From the NCBI RefSeq assembly GCF_009914755.1, contig NC_060942.1: a stretch of 64,000 bases of DNA; one strand, written 5' to 3'. How positions within the stretch are numbered: the first letter of the stretch is position 1; the number at the start of each line of letters is the position of its first letter. The position numbers and the translations under genes were made by a program. Under the pieces are notes generated by a model that was not told where the DNA came from, did not search any database, and saw only the letters and a list, made by a program, of their open reading frames with translations. This DNA comes from the human T2T-CHM13v2.0 reference genome, Homo sapiens. Positions 41,550-53,849 of the stretch are shown here, one piece after another.

Positions 41550-41605
41550 TGGCCAGCCCTTTTGTTTCCTCTCCAAGAGAGCTGCACAGATGAGCTGCTT
41601 CTAGT

Positions 41606-41633
41606 CTGCCATCTTGGCCCTGCCATTTTGACC
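41606..41633 (-). promoter_or_regulatory. L1 5' YY1 motif, tandemly duplicated
   Basis: gccatctt (41608-41615) and gccatttt (41622-41629), both fit YY1 GCCATnTT, at the L1 5' terminus. Confidence 0.6.
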
Positions 41634-41641
41634 CCGCCCTC

Positions 41642-41780
41642 TGGTAGTAATTATTATACTCATTACGTGATTCATCAAATTGATGAAAATATTGAGGCTC
41701 ATAGAGGGTAGAGTACTTGACAATGTTACACAGTTAGTGAGGAGCTGAGCGAACACTTATAGGCCAGTTCCTGAAATATA
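41642..41780 (-). mobile_element. MIR SINE (target of the full-length L1 insertion)
   Basis: gatgaaaatattgaggctcatagagggtagagtacttgacaatgttacacagttagt. Confidence 0.65.
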
Positions 41781-42409
41781 AATTCAATATTGTCTCCTTT
41801 GGCAGAGTTATTAATAGAGTCCTCAATAATTATTCTATGTTATCTGAGAGCATGAAAATGGGCATGAAGCTTCCCCAACAGCCAATTAAATTTCTAGCAC
41901 AGAAGGATGAAGAAAATCGAACACTGAATAATTTCATAGGGTTGCTCTTTGCATTTTTCTGATCATATATTTCTCTTCAATCCCTTTCTCAAAGGTTCTG
42001 AAGTTCAAGTGCTCTATGGCAGCATACAAATCAGTGAAATTTAAATCATCAAAGCTAGGTTGGACTCTATTCTAGCATGGAATAGCTTTACTCATTAGAG
42101 TTAACTTGAAATGCAAGTGACCGATACACCAGTATAGCAGTGACTGGAATAATATAGCAGTTTATTTTCACTTAATAGTTTTATATAAATGTAGACCTCT
42201 CTATATATGTTTTTTTTCTATCTCTCCAGAATTTTCTTTCTTGTTTGCTGCATTTGTAGCTCTCCAGTGGTTTGAAATATATGTCTTAAAATTTCATCTC
42301 ACTGTTTTAGTTTTTCATAAAGTTTGGTCTATCTCAACTGGAAATGGAAACATCGTAAAGATTTGTTTTAAATCAGCATAATGTATTAGAACCAAATAAA
42401 GGAATAAAG

Positions 42410-42483
42410 GTGGAAAAGTGGGTAAGATGGAGGGAAGCAAGGAAGAAAGGAGAAGAAAGAGAAAAAGAAAAGATAGGAAAGGA
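42410..42483. repeat. GA-rich low-complexity tract
   Basis: Polypurine run. Confidence 0.7.
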
Positions 42484-44839
42484 TATTGAATGGCTTTAGA
42501 ATACCTACATTCAGGAAACTTGGAAGTTGTAATGAAAAGTGTTTGAAAAACACTTTAAAACATAGCTCCTTGGCATTTATTTATATTTTGACGTGAATAC
42601 TAAATCATGCTTCACAACTTATGGAAGAGATCTCTAGAAAACTCAGAGATCCCTTCACCTCTCTTCCCTTCACCTAAAATTATCTTCCAATTGGCTGACA
42701 TGGAATATATTATGAATCTAGTCTATCGAATTGTATCCATAGTCTACCATTAGTGTCTTTTAAAGTTCTTGGACCAAATTAACTTGGACCATAAAAGTAA
42801 AGGAAAATTTTCCAAACCTAACATACTAGGGGAACAAATTGTCCTACTAAACAGGTATTTGGGATGCACCTAAATTATTTTAAATTTAAGTTTATATAAA
42901 ATTAGATGCAACACATAATTATTTACCTTCTTGCATTGTAGGCAGTAGGCATAATGTAACATTATCCCTGAATCATTATTTATCTTCACTTGTAATATAG
43001 CAATGCTTTCAGAAGCTCCTGAAATATATAAGCTATACCTCCCTAAGGGAAAGAGCCATATACAAATTTTTTAAATTCTGTTTGACTGTGTATTTAACAT
43101 TTTCTCTCTTCTTCCCTATTGGCAGGTATATTTTTGTAGTATCATTAGTAAATTTTGAACTATTCAATGAGGCATGCTTATTGATGCATGCTTTAGGATG
43201 TCTACTTTTTGTTCACTCATAAATGATTCAGACTTTTCTTCTTTCCCAGGCTTATTTGCATTCTGTGTGTTCAAAATTACTGGATAACTGAGCTCCAATT
43301 AGCTTAAAAAGTCTAGAAGTTAAATAATGGAAGGTTGGATCATGATTTCATGGCAGATCAGGTGAATTTTGTCATTATTACCAATAAGACAAACTTTCAC
43401 TTCTTTGTCATTCTGTGCCTGACAAGTTGATCACTTCTTTTTTTGCTATATTCTTAATTATCCGTTGCCTTTCTCTTTCACAAAAATGTTAAATAGCTTT
43501 TTATGCCAGCCAACTCTTGATTAAAAGTCATTAAGATATGTTTAATGAATAACACAATGTCTGAGCTTAATTAAGTTTTAAAAAACACCTGTTTCCAAAC
43601 TTACATAGGACAAAGTATTTTGTCAGTAGGAGAGAATGCCTCTGTGTACTTGGAAACAGATGGCTTGGTGGCATAACTTAATTCTGAATTTAATGTTAAG
43701 TTTTGATTAATTAAAGGCGTTTTGTTTGGATAATAAATTATTCCTCTCAAATTATAGGTTAAGGTTTGAAACAGCTTGCTGATCATTTGTCTTTTCAAAG
43801 TACAGAGTTGTTAAGATCCAAATTAACTGCCATATGCTGGATTTCTTTGTTTTGAAAGTGTTAAAAATGTATTTCAGTAGATAAATGGCCTGGTCAAGGA
43901 CTCTGGGGGGAGTTAGTCAATGTTATTTGAGGATGTTCGTGCTCTGTCATCTATCTCAGAAGAAAGAGTGATCCTGTTACAATAGGGTGACAACCAGGGA
44001 CATACTAATAAAGCGGTGTAGGTTCTATAAGGAATCTTTTCTCTGGTTATCTGTAGGGTGAACAATAGTCACTAGAACAATGGTAAATCAAGCACCAAGT
44101 TCTTGAAAGGGTGGTAAATAATCAATTCCATCTGCTCCTTAGGATGAACTGGGTTACTACTGTCACAATTTAGCATCATTTTCTGCTCTGCATATTCACA
44201 CCTGGATCAGATTGTTTCCCATTTCCACTGATAGCTTGACACCATTGAAGCAATAGTGTGGCACTTGCTACGAATAGCACCAGACTCAGAGAATGGCAGA
44301 AGGATTAGGAGTTAGTATATTCTCCTAAGTCAGTCTGTATATATAGGCTTCCCATTCATTTCTAGGAAATGGAGAGAGAAAAATTACAGCACGCCAAAGA
44401 GAACTTATTCAAGAAGACCTGTCCATGAAACACAATTCAAGATGGGTAACACAGAACAAAGAGCCTCAAATAGCATTAACGACATTTGTTGAGCTGCAAA
44501 AGGAAGTAAAAGGTCAAGAAAGGTGTGAGTTTAAAGTATTATGTTCCTTTTTTTCCAGTCATTTTAGCCCATGGAAACTTTTCACACTTTACTTTTGTGA
44601 AGAATAGCATTTGTGATTCACATGACCTCATGCGCTGATCTTGTTTGGTCACAATGAAAGTGTCCCTGACCTATAGCCGGTTTCTTTAGGAACAAAGTTT
44701 TCAGAAACACTAATCTTCTTCTCTGGTCAAATCTTCCACGAGCCAACAGACTGCCAGGAAATGTCTGCTGCCAGCCACCAAATACTGAAAACAGGGCTTC
44801 TAGTGCCATCACATGGCCCAAATAGGAATTAAACAATTG

Positions 44840-44980
44840 TTAGTGTCTATTCAGCACTCACTCTTTGTCATTATTTTAAGCACATATAACCCCCACAACA
44901 ACCATATGAACTCTGCATCATTATTATGCCATAATACAGATTTGGAAGCAAATGCACAGACAGGTTAAGTATCTTTATTA
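44840..44980 (-). mobile_element. MIR fragment
   Basis: cccacaacaaccatatga...attattatgcc...tacagatttggaagc...cagacaggttaagta. Confidence 0.55.
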
Positions 44981-45559
44981 TACTGATTTGATGGAAATAT
45001 CAGATGTGTGGAAGTTGGGGGATGATACGGTAGAGATAGGCATATTGACAACAGGAAAAGTCACAGCTGACAGTCTGATATAATGGAAGGGCATGTAAAA
45101 ACCAAGAATAATCCTCTATTTCCATTGTCCCTGTTCTTCCCAGGTTCCTTTTCCTTTCTTCACACTGAAGAGTGTTTGAGAGGTGCCTGAGGGCTTGGAG
45201 ATCAGTAATAAGAGGTGAACAGAGGAGATATTCCAAGACACAGTGACAATGTGCTTACCAGTGGCCAAGGATGTGGGTAGGTTAGGAGATGCCACATGGA
45301 AGCATTCTGGCTGTGTGCTCACTAGCACCCAAGGATACAGCATTTGAGGGTAGAGGAAGCTACACAAAGCACTTTGGCAGTTTAGGTTACAAGATGCTAA
45401 AGGGGATGGGTGCAGAGGTAGCAGATGAAAGGGGAGCACAGTTGTAAGACTGATAATATTGAACAAATAAGTGTATAAAAAATACACTATGGATAGTGAA
45501 AGCCAAGTTTCTAACTGGAGAAAGTAATTCAAAATACTGAAAGGGTAGAAAGAAATATG

Positions 45560-46940
45560 TCCATTGATTTGTCAGAATATAATTAGAGTTATGGTTATTA
45601 ACCTATATGAGACATATACATATATATGCATGTATATATGTGTGTGTGTGTATATATATATACACACACTTATGTACGTGAAAATTTCTGAATATACATA
45701 CTTATATGTATGCATACATATATGTTCATATATTACATTCCTTGATCTTCCAGAAAACCTAGAAATAATGAAAGTGAAGGCATCTCACTAGAAATGAACA
45801 TACCCAGCACCCAGATGTTGATATCTAAATATCACCAGGGGTCTTTAAATAAATATTTTTGAAATGCTACATTCAAGGGCTCTAAGAAAAAAATAAGATG
45901 GGCCTACAACATATTGTGGTAAATCCTAAAAGAACATTGGCAACATGTCAAGAGGCCACAAGAGCCAGCTTGAAGGGACTCCTTCTGGACAAACATGGTA
46001 CAATTAGAACATCAAAGTAAATAATGATAGTGATGGATTGCACCACATTGAGTAAAATAGAAATCCATGAGTTCACACTGATATAAATGAATGTATGAAT
46101 AAATGTATAGTTGATGGTGAGAGTGGAAAGCTCTTCCTTGTGGTAGAATGCCCATAATAAATGTAGGGGGAAAAAGAAATTGAACATCAGAGTTTAGCAC
46201 TCATCATGTTGCTAGTTGTTTCATGTAATAGTCAATAATTGAGGCTAAAGCTAATAAGCAAAGGTTTAATGAAGAACAGGGCATTGGCATACTCTGGAAA
46301 AATATTTATTGATTACCAAAAATATTGTGAATTTACAGTGAGGCAGACATTATGGGACCAGGCATTTATGGTTAACATCATTAGTGGTGGGATGGACAGA
46401 TATTGCCTGTCCCTGATATGATGCTATAAAGAAGACCTCAAAATTATTTTTTAAAATCATTTAAAGTGTTATGCGTCTGATTATGAGGTGACACTGGACA
46501 GATGCAATTAGGGATCATCCTACAAAATATAAGATGTATAGATTTTAAATCTATCCAGGATATTAAATACAGAGAAAGACTAATAAACATGTAGTTTGGA
46601 GAAGACTGAATTGACACAGCAATTAAGTTAATGGGTATTCCTAGATGACATTCTGGACCAGAAAGAAAGTGTCATATCAGCATTGATTTTCTGATTTGGA
46701 AGTGTTTATAGTAGTTAGATAGGAGACATTATTTGGTTGAAATAAGCACTGAAGCATTTAGGGGTGTTGGAGATATCCTATCTGCAGCTTGCTTTTAAAC
46801 AGTTGAAAACAAAAGATTGATGATGACATACATATGTGTTTGTGTGTGGAGAGAGATATAAGGAGGCTATAGAGCAAATGAAGTAGAAAAGAATTTTAAC
46901 AGTGGGGTTATCTGAGTGGATAGAAAAGGTGTCCTTGCAC
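45560..46940 (+). mobile_element. L1MC3/4-type 3'UTR including a TA/TG low-complexity tract (45606-45735)
   Basis: agaaatgaacatacccagcacccagat...acaagagccagcttgaagggactcc...aaatagaaatccatgagttcacactgatataaat. Confidence 0.7.
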
Positions 46941-46944
46941 TGCC

Positions 46945-47255
46945 CAATGCTCCCCTCTTATCTGCAGCTTTCCCTTCATGGTTTCAGTTACCTGAGGTCA
47001 ACCATGGTTTGAAAATATTAAATGGAAAATCCCAGAAATAAACAACTTGTAAGTTTTAAATTGTATGCCATTCTGAGTATCCTGATGAAATCTCAACCAT
47101 CCCACTGTGTCCATTTATTATCCCTTTGTCCGGCATGTTTATGCATCTGCATCACCCACCTGTTAGTCACTTAATAGCTATCTGGGTTATCAGATTAATT
47201 GCTGGTGTATCACAGGCCTTGGGTCCAAGTAACCCTTATTTTACTTAATAATCCC
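46945..47255 (+). mobile_element. MER44/Tigger7 5' fragment
   Basis: ggtttcagttacctgaggtcaaccatggtttgaaaatattaaatggaaaat...caagtaacccttattttacttaataat. Confidence 0.85.
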
Positions 47256-48678
47256 AGCACTCCAATTGTTAGACTAATTTTATTATCCAGTGTGTGCATT
47301 GATGGTCTTATTGTGGCATGGAGGCCAAGTTCTCTATCCCTTGCAGAACCCCGAATGCTTCAAACAGAACATTCTCCCCATCTCTTTTGGAGTTTAATCT
47401 ATATAATAATGCTACCTGGTAGATGCAAATGATATTTTCTACTCATTTTCATCGATAAAGAACCTGACATAGATTAAGTAAATAAAGTAACGTCTCAGGC
47501 TAAAAGACTAGTTAAGGAATAAATCAAGGCATCAAGTCACTTATATGTTAGTGCAGCATTTTTCCAGTAGGAAACAGTGCTCTGAATTTTGGAAGTAAAC
47601 AGTGTCTATACATACAAAATTGGTCATACATGTATTTTGGGCACTGTCATCCAAAAGATTTGTGGATATGCAGGCAAGGTGTTTACATCATACTTATTTA
47701 GGTGCCCCCACCTCCACCCCACAGCAGAAGACAATTTTTCCAGGTCCCTTCAGCTGGAACAATTTATCAACTGGTTCCAGTAGGGAAAAGGCAAAATAGA
47801 ATTCAGCTCATTATGTAAATCAATCATGTTTCTTCTCATGTTTATTTATCCAATGCTAGCTCGATCTGCTAAATCAAGTTAGTAGCCAGATCCTCTGAAT
47901 CCTCCATTGACTTTATTCAGGCATATTGGGTGGTAGTCTGGTCATATTTTACACCCTCTGCTTCATATGTCTAAGGCTCAGGTTTATAATTCTCACTTTA
48001 ATGGCCCAAAACCTGAGCTGTAAGGTGAAATCCTTTATATTGTTCATAATGTTCTGTTTAGTAACAAATGATGTTTAGAGATATTGGTACCTTTTACAGT
48101 CATGAAAATAACACAAGCTTTTCTCCAACAATGATCTTCCTTTTAAATTGTTTTAATTCACATTTTCTCCATAGATGCTCGTGAAGTCTCTATGATGTAG
48201 GTAAACACATTTAAATTTTATTATGCTTTATTGATTAGGAAATTAAGAGGCAAGATCAAGGATTATAAAACATTTTCTCATAGACCCAAAATTAGAACTC
48301 AAGTTTCTGAATTCTTATCTTGTTGCATTTATAACACAGCACAAGGATAGAGCTCAACTCTTACTTATTTTATTAATAACAATTGGTTGTTTGAAATCTG
48401 TTAGGTCGTAAGTGTATATAACTATGCTGTTTGAGAGATAGACTAATAGATGGGCAGTGTGATAAAGGGCTACACAAGAGATGTGCAGAGGTTTGGGGTA
48501 AGACAAAATCTGGGGAGCTGACCTAGTCTCAGGGAAGACCATTATAAGATTAGGTAGTCTTTCTATAATCTGGAAATAAGTTAATCAGGCAAAAAGGATG
48601 CATAAAAAATGGGATCCCAGGAATGCATGCCAGTTTACCCAATAGGCAAGTAAAGTACAGGTTGTTATGTACAGGTTG

Positions 48679-49047
48679 TATATTAATCTGTTTTCTCACT
48701 GCTGATAAAGACATACCACAGACTGGGCAATTTACAAAAGAAAGACGTTTAATTGGACTTACAGTTCCACATGGCTGGGGAAGCCTAACAATCATGGCAG
48801 AAGGCAAAGAGGAGCAAGTCACGTTTTACATGGATGGTGGCAGGCAAAGAGAGAGCTTGTGTAGGGCAACTCAGTTTTTTTTTTTTAACCATCAGATCTC
48901 ATGAGATTCATTCACTGTCACAAGAGCAGTGCAGGAAAGGCCGGCTTCCATAATTCAATCACCTCCCACAGGGTTCCTCCCACAATATATGGGCATGTGG
49001 GAGTTACAATTCAAGATGACGGGTGGGGACACAGCCAAATTGTATCA
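48679..49047 (-). mobile_element. THE1A/B solo LTR
   Basis: gctgataaagacatacc...ggacttacagttccacatggctggggaagcc...ggggacacagccaaa; exact TSD ggttg at 48674-48678 and 49048-49052. Confidence 0.93.
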
Positions 49048-49464
49048 GGTTGTTTCTCTGCTTTAGAAAAGCAGAGATCTAAAAACAATCAGAAACACGT
49101 ATAAAGAATTTGATATTCAAAATATCTGACTGTCTACCATAGGAAAAATTACTTTATTCTGTTTTCTTACACTTACTTAATGATTTAATATTATGTTTAT
49201 TTTGAATAACATGAAAGTAGAAGAATATCATGTCTTTCCATTAATTAGCCACTGGCATTCTCAATCCCATCTTTTTCAGGGGAGAGAAACAGTATATGGA
49301 TATTGAGAATCATAAGTTTAGTCTGGCTTAAGTATACTCACGTAACCAGAGTAATGGCAAAGGTGTAAGCAACTCCTTGTTAGCATTCTCTATATCCAAC
49401 AACATTTTGTGGTGTGGAAGGGGTTCAGAATTTGTCCTAAGAGCACTGTTGAGTCCTAGAAGCA

Positions 49465-49640
49465 GCATAGCATAGCATGATAAGAGCTTGAAGTCTGAAG
49501 TGTGAATCTTCCTTTGCCACTTACTAGCTAGGACCCAGGACAAGCTTTTTAGTCTTTTGGTGCCAGTTTCCTCATCTCAATTGTGAAGATTCAATGTCTA
49601 AAGACTCCACTTAATAAGTGGTAAATAAGCATTGCTTATC
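49465..49640 (+). mobile_element. MIR SINE
   Basis: gcatagcatgataagagc...tttgccacttactagct...cagtttcctcatct. Confidence 0.65.
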
Positions 49641-50762
49641 ACTGTTTGGAGAGTTTAATGAGGTGAATGACACGATCAGATTTGCATCTTAGTAGTATTT
49701 ATCTAGCTGGCAGTGGGCAGAATAGGATATGTGACTAGAGTCAGAAATATGAATCAGGACAAAGATGCAAGCATGATAGTGGCATCCAGAATTCACTGAA
49801 TGGAGGAGAGTTGGAAAGAAAAGAGTGAGTTTCTCTAATAGACATGATAGGGAAGGTAGGGTTCAGCGGGACATCAACATTAACTCCCAAATAGATGAAA
49901 ATGTATTGTGGGGTCCAGTCTTCGAATGGTCTTGGAATATGAATTAGGAAACCAAGACACAATTCCAGGTCTCTGTGGCTTTATTTGTGCCTGCAGCAAA
50001 CCTGTTAATTGTGTGGATCTTAGACCCCTGGCTCTCATTATCTGAAAACTAGGGGCTAGTCTCAATTGTGACTAAGGTGCTTTCAGCTTCAGCATTTGGT
50101 AGTTATAATGCTAATACATGATCAACATCTACTAAAAATTAACAACAAGCAAGGTACTTTCTCTGTGGAGCTGAAGTCTACGAGTATGAAAAGAGCCTTT
50201 AAACATAGAAGTGCATCTTGCATTTGTTTTTCCATTAGCCTTGATTGCTGTTTTTTTGCTTTTATTCAGCAAGATGTAGAAGCTTCCAAGTAAATTTTAA
50301 TCTAGTCCATTTCTGAAGCCAAACTAACATTTTCTATAGACTTACTATTCTGAATGAAGGGAAAATGAGTTTATCTAAAGCTCTTATCTTTAAATATTCA
50401 TTGTAGAATCAAACTTATGAAAACTCTTCAAAATTAATAATTATGATTGCATTAATAAAAGGAGAGTTAAAAAAGTTTGTAAAATTTTGAGTTTAGAAAG
50501 CATTTGCATGTTTAACATTGAGAAGTAAAGAGCAATTGATGGTAGCTCATTTAACGATGCCAGTAGTACACGATCTATTATAACTGGTTTTCATGAAAAT
50601 CAAATGATTGAACGTATTTAAAATGATGTGTCTTTTTAAATTATATATGCTACAAGGTATCAGTGGAGGGCTTCTTTAACTTCCAGTGATAGGAGCAGAT
50701 TTTTACTTGGGATTTCTGCATTGATTTCATGTTTAAAATTCTAGAAAACTATTATTTTTAAA

Positions 50763-50799
50763 AATGGCAAAAACCACAATTACTTTTGCAACAACCCAA
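50763..50799. mobile_element. Solo Hsmar1/MADE1 terminal inverted repeat
   Basis: aatggcaaaaaccacaattacttttgcaacaacccaa followed by TA matches one half of MADE1. Confidence 0.85.
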
Positions 50800-52119
50800 T
50801 AAATAGACAGCAGCCCAAGGTATTGTCCTGTGTTAAATTTATTTTCCTCACACATTCCAATAACTGACATTTCCCCTGTATTAACAAAATGAAAATGTCT
50901 TGTGGGAAATTATGTTATTTTAAGCCTTATTCTCAATGTCTTTAAGTAGATAATCAGACCAATGCCATGAGACAGACAGCAGTAATGGATGCTTGGGGCT
51001 ATCATAGAAATTAGGAAAGGAAAACTTTAAAACAATTTTTGGTGAGAAGTTGGTAGTGTGAGGAAAGTTGGCATTGAAATTCGGAGAAAAGAGGGAGATG
51101 GTCTAGAAGGGTGTCAGAATTAGACTTGGGAGAATAATGGAAGCAAACTGAGGATACCAACTTGGCCTAGATTTGTGGTGACTTCTGGTGGAAACTTTTG
51201 AATTTCTTTTAACTGAGATAAAGATTAGTTTGAAAAACCTTCGAGACTTAGCTTTCTGAGTTCAACTCTATTTTGTTTACCATGTAACAAGAGATAATGC
51301 AGAACAGAGGACAAAGAATAATCTAGATTTGTATGAAAATTTTATTTTCATTTTCAACCAGGATATAGCTATTATGTAGCCATAAGCTCAGGTGAGCAAT
51401 TCAGATCATTTTATATTTTATATAATGGATTGTGCATGACCATTGTCATTATTGGCAAGGACAATAAGAACCTCAAACACTATAGGAATTTCCCGGCTTC
51501 TCATGGCCTAAAATGTAATCCAGCTTTAAGAGATACCAACAGTGGTTGCAGAGTCACACAGGTTACCTCAGGTCAGCACCATCCAGGCTGAACAAGCCCC
51601 TTAGATAGTCTTATCCAGTGTCATGCTTGGGCTACCCGTAGTCTTCCACTTGCTTTCCTTAACGCCAGTTGACCTGTGTACATTTCGGCCTCCTTAGCAG
51701 AGCTACCAGGAAGAAGAGAATAGATCTTTCTTCACACCTACCCCTCTATCAGCCCCAGATGTCTCTTCCAGTTTAGGAGAAATAGTCCATTTTGTTTACT
51801 TCAGGGCAGTCTGTCCATAACTGAGAATCCCTTAATTTCTCTAAAATTTTTTGGCTTTTTAAAACCCAAAACAGGTGACTTTAACTTTCTATTTTGCCAT
51901 CTGCTTCTCTTTGAGAGAAAGTACAGGCATGCATTGACTTCAATAGGAAAATAGCAAGGGAAAAACCATGAGAGAAAACATACTCTGCCACCCATGGTGC
52001 CTACATACATAAAAACAATGTGAATCCAAATAAACCGAAAACGGTACCAAACCCCATCAACCAGTAGGTGGAGCTGTAACCTATCAAATAATAATGGCTG
52101 AAGCTTTTTGAATAAAAAC

Positions 52120-52370
52120 AGAGACTGAACATTATGTAGAATTACTATGTTCCAGACACAGGTCCAAAGGCTTTACATGTGTTAACTCACTTAATAAACC
52201 AACATACCATGTTTATCAAGTAATGTTCTTATGCCCGTTTTAGAGAAGAGCAAATCAAGGTTCAGGAAGGTTGAATAACTTGCCCAGGGTCACACAGCTT
52301 ATAAGTGCAGGTGCTCTATCCGTGCCCAGGTAGTCTGCCTCAAGGGTCCTGCTTCTAAAAATAGAACATA
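52120..52370 (-). mobile_element. MIR SINE
   Basis: ttactatgttccagacac...aggttcaggaaggttgaataacttgcccagggtcacacagct. Confidence 0.8.
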
Positions 52371-52559
52371 CTGCCTCTTTACCTATGATAGAAGAGTTTA
52401 TCTTTCTTCCCTTTTCATTTATCCATTTTATAAATGGTAAATAATTATATATATATATCTTTAAGTCCTTTTCCATGTGTTAACCTTCAGATAAAATAGA
52501 AACAATTTTTTTTCCTTTCCTTGGCACTCTGACAATGTTTTTTTTAAATAAATGAGCCA

Positions 52560-52895
52560 TATCTGTTCATACTTCCAACTCTTGGCTCATGCAGTTCTCT
52601 CCATCATAAACCACCCTTTAGTCTTTCCCATTAATAATATACTGGTCCTTCAAGTACAGCTCCATATGGCCCACATTCTATAAGGTGAATCTCTTCTCAC
52701 TCCAGAGTATTCACTCTCATATTGGTTTTCTTACACTTCTGTTATACCAATGATCATTTTCAATTTGTAATATATGTAGTTCTATGCCTGGTCTGGCACA
52801 ATGTCCATTTCCGTAAGGGATGTAGCATATTTTCACTTTATATCCCAGAACCTAACATTGTGTTAGCAAACTCAATGCACTTTTTTAATGAATGA
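52560..52895 (+). mobile_element. L2 3' fragment
   Basis: ttggctcatgcagttctctcc...tccttcaagtacagctc...tatatcccagaacctaacattg..aatgaatga. Confidence 0.55.
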
Positions 52896-53849
52896 GCTAT
52901 TTTTACAGGAATTTGTAGAAAATGTAGAAAAAGAAGAAAAAAAAGTCAGTGTCTTCCACTGTTAAAGTTGTTGATTTTGAAAGATGTTTGTGGCACATGT
53001 TTTGAAATTTATACTCTCCTTGTCATTTCTCAAATAGAAACAGCTGTTCCTTAAGTTTAAGACAGAAACTTGGTCTGAAAAGTGACACACGCTCTGTTTC
53101 TGCAGATGTCTCCAAAAACAGAAGTTGTTGCACCTGACAGTGAATATTAAAGGTTTGGCCTGCTTTATCTCTCGCTTTCACAATGAATCATATCTCAATA
53201 AATTCTGTCTCACCAAATAATGATCTCATCTCTACTTTGTAAATACCATTTTCTTCAAAAGATTGCTTCCAGTGAATTACTGACATAGAAAGTAGGGGAG
53301 GATAAAAGGTCATACAGTCTATCTCCAACTTTAAATGAAATGATCTAAGTAGGTAACTGAAAAAGTAGCCCAACTCAATCCGTCAGCTTCTGTTCAGTTA
53401 GCAGGTTTTATTCAACAGGGCTTGGCTGAGTTTTCCTTTAAGTCAGCAAGCACAGACTAACTCATTGCCTCCAAATGCTGATATATAACTGCTTTATTTG
53501 GTAGTTTCCATTTTAGCTGCAAGTACCACCCTCCATTTTTAGTTGCAAATGCCATCACTGTTTAATCATAACAAAGTTTTTGATACACAAATGTTGGAGG
53601 CAATGACAATACTATTATTAAGTTGATCTGTGTATTTGGAAACTATTTCTGCTCAGATTCTACTTCCAAAGCAGGATTACTTCAAAACAGAAAAAACATT
53701 ATTTAGCTTTCAACTACATCTCAAGGAACAGGTTTCATCAGAGATCTCAATTAATTTTGTATATGCTCATCATTAAGAAAACTAGAATGTGATGTATTAA
53801 TAATGGAGATTCTGTATTTATTTTTAAGATACTTCAGTTTCATGCTTAT

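Larger units (their letters stand above)
34408..41641 (-). mobile_element. Full-length old primate LINE-1 (L1PA15/16-type)
   Basis: 3' end ggtaaattgcctgtcac...cccaggtaataagcatagtacc; continuous antisense ORF2 and ORF1 remnants; 5' end ctagtctgccatcttgg; 15-bp TSD tggtagt(t/a)attatta at 34393-34407 and 41642-41656. Confidence 0.93.

Noticed and set aside
53106-53152. Possible micro-exon ctgcag|ATGTCTCCAAAAACAGAA...AAG|gtttgg
   Set aside because: Weak donor, 14-codon frame and no supporting neighbouring exons.
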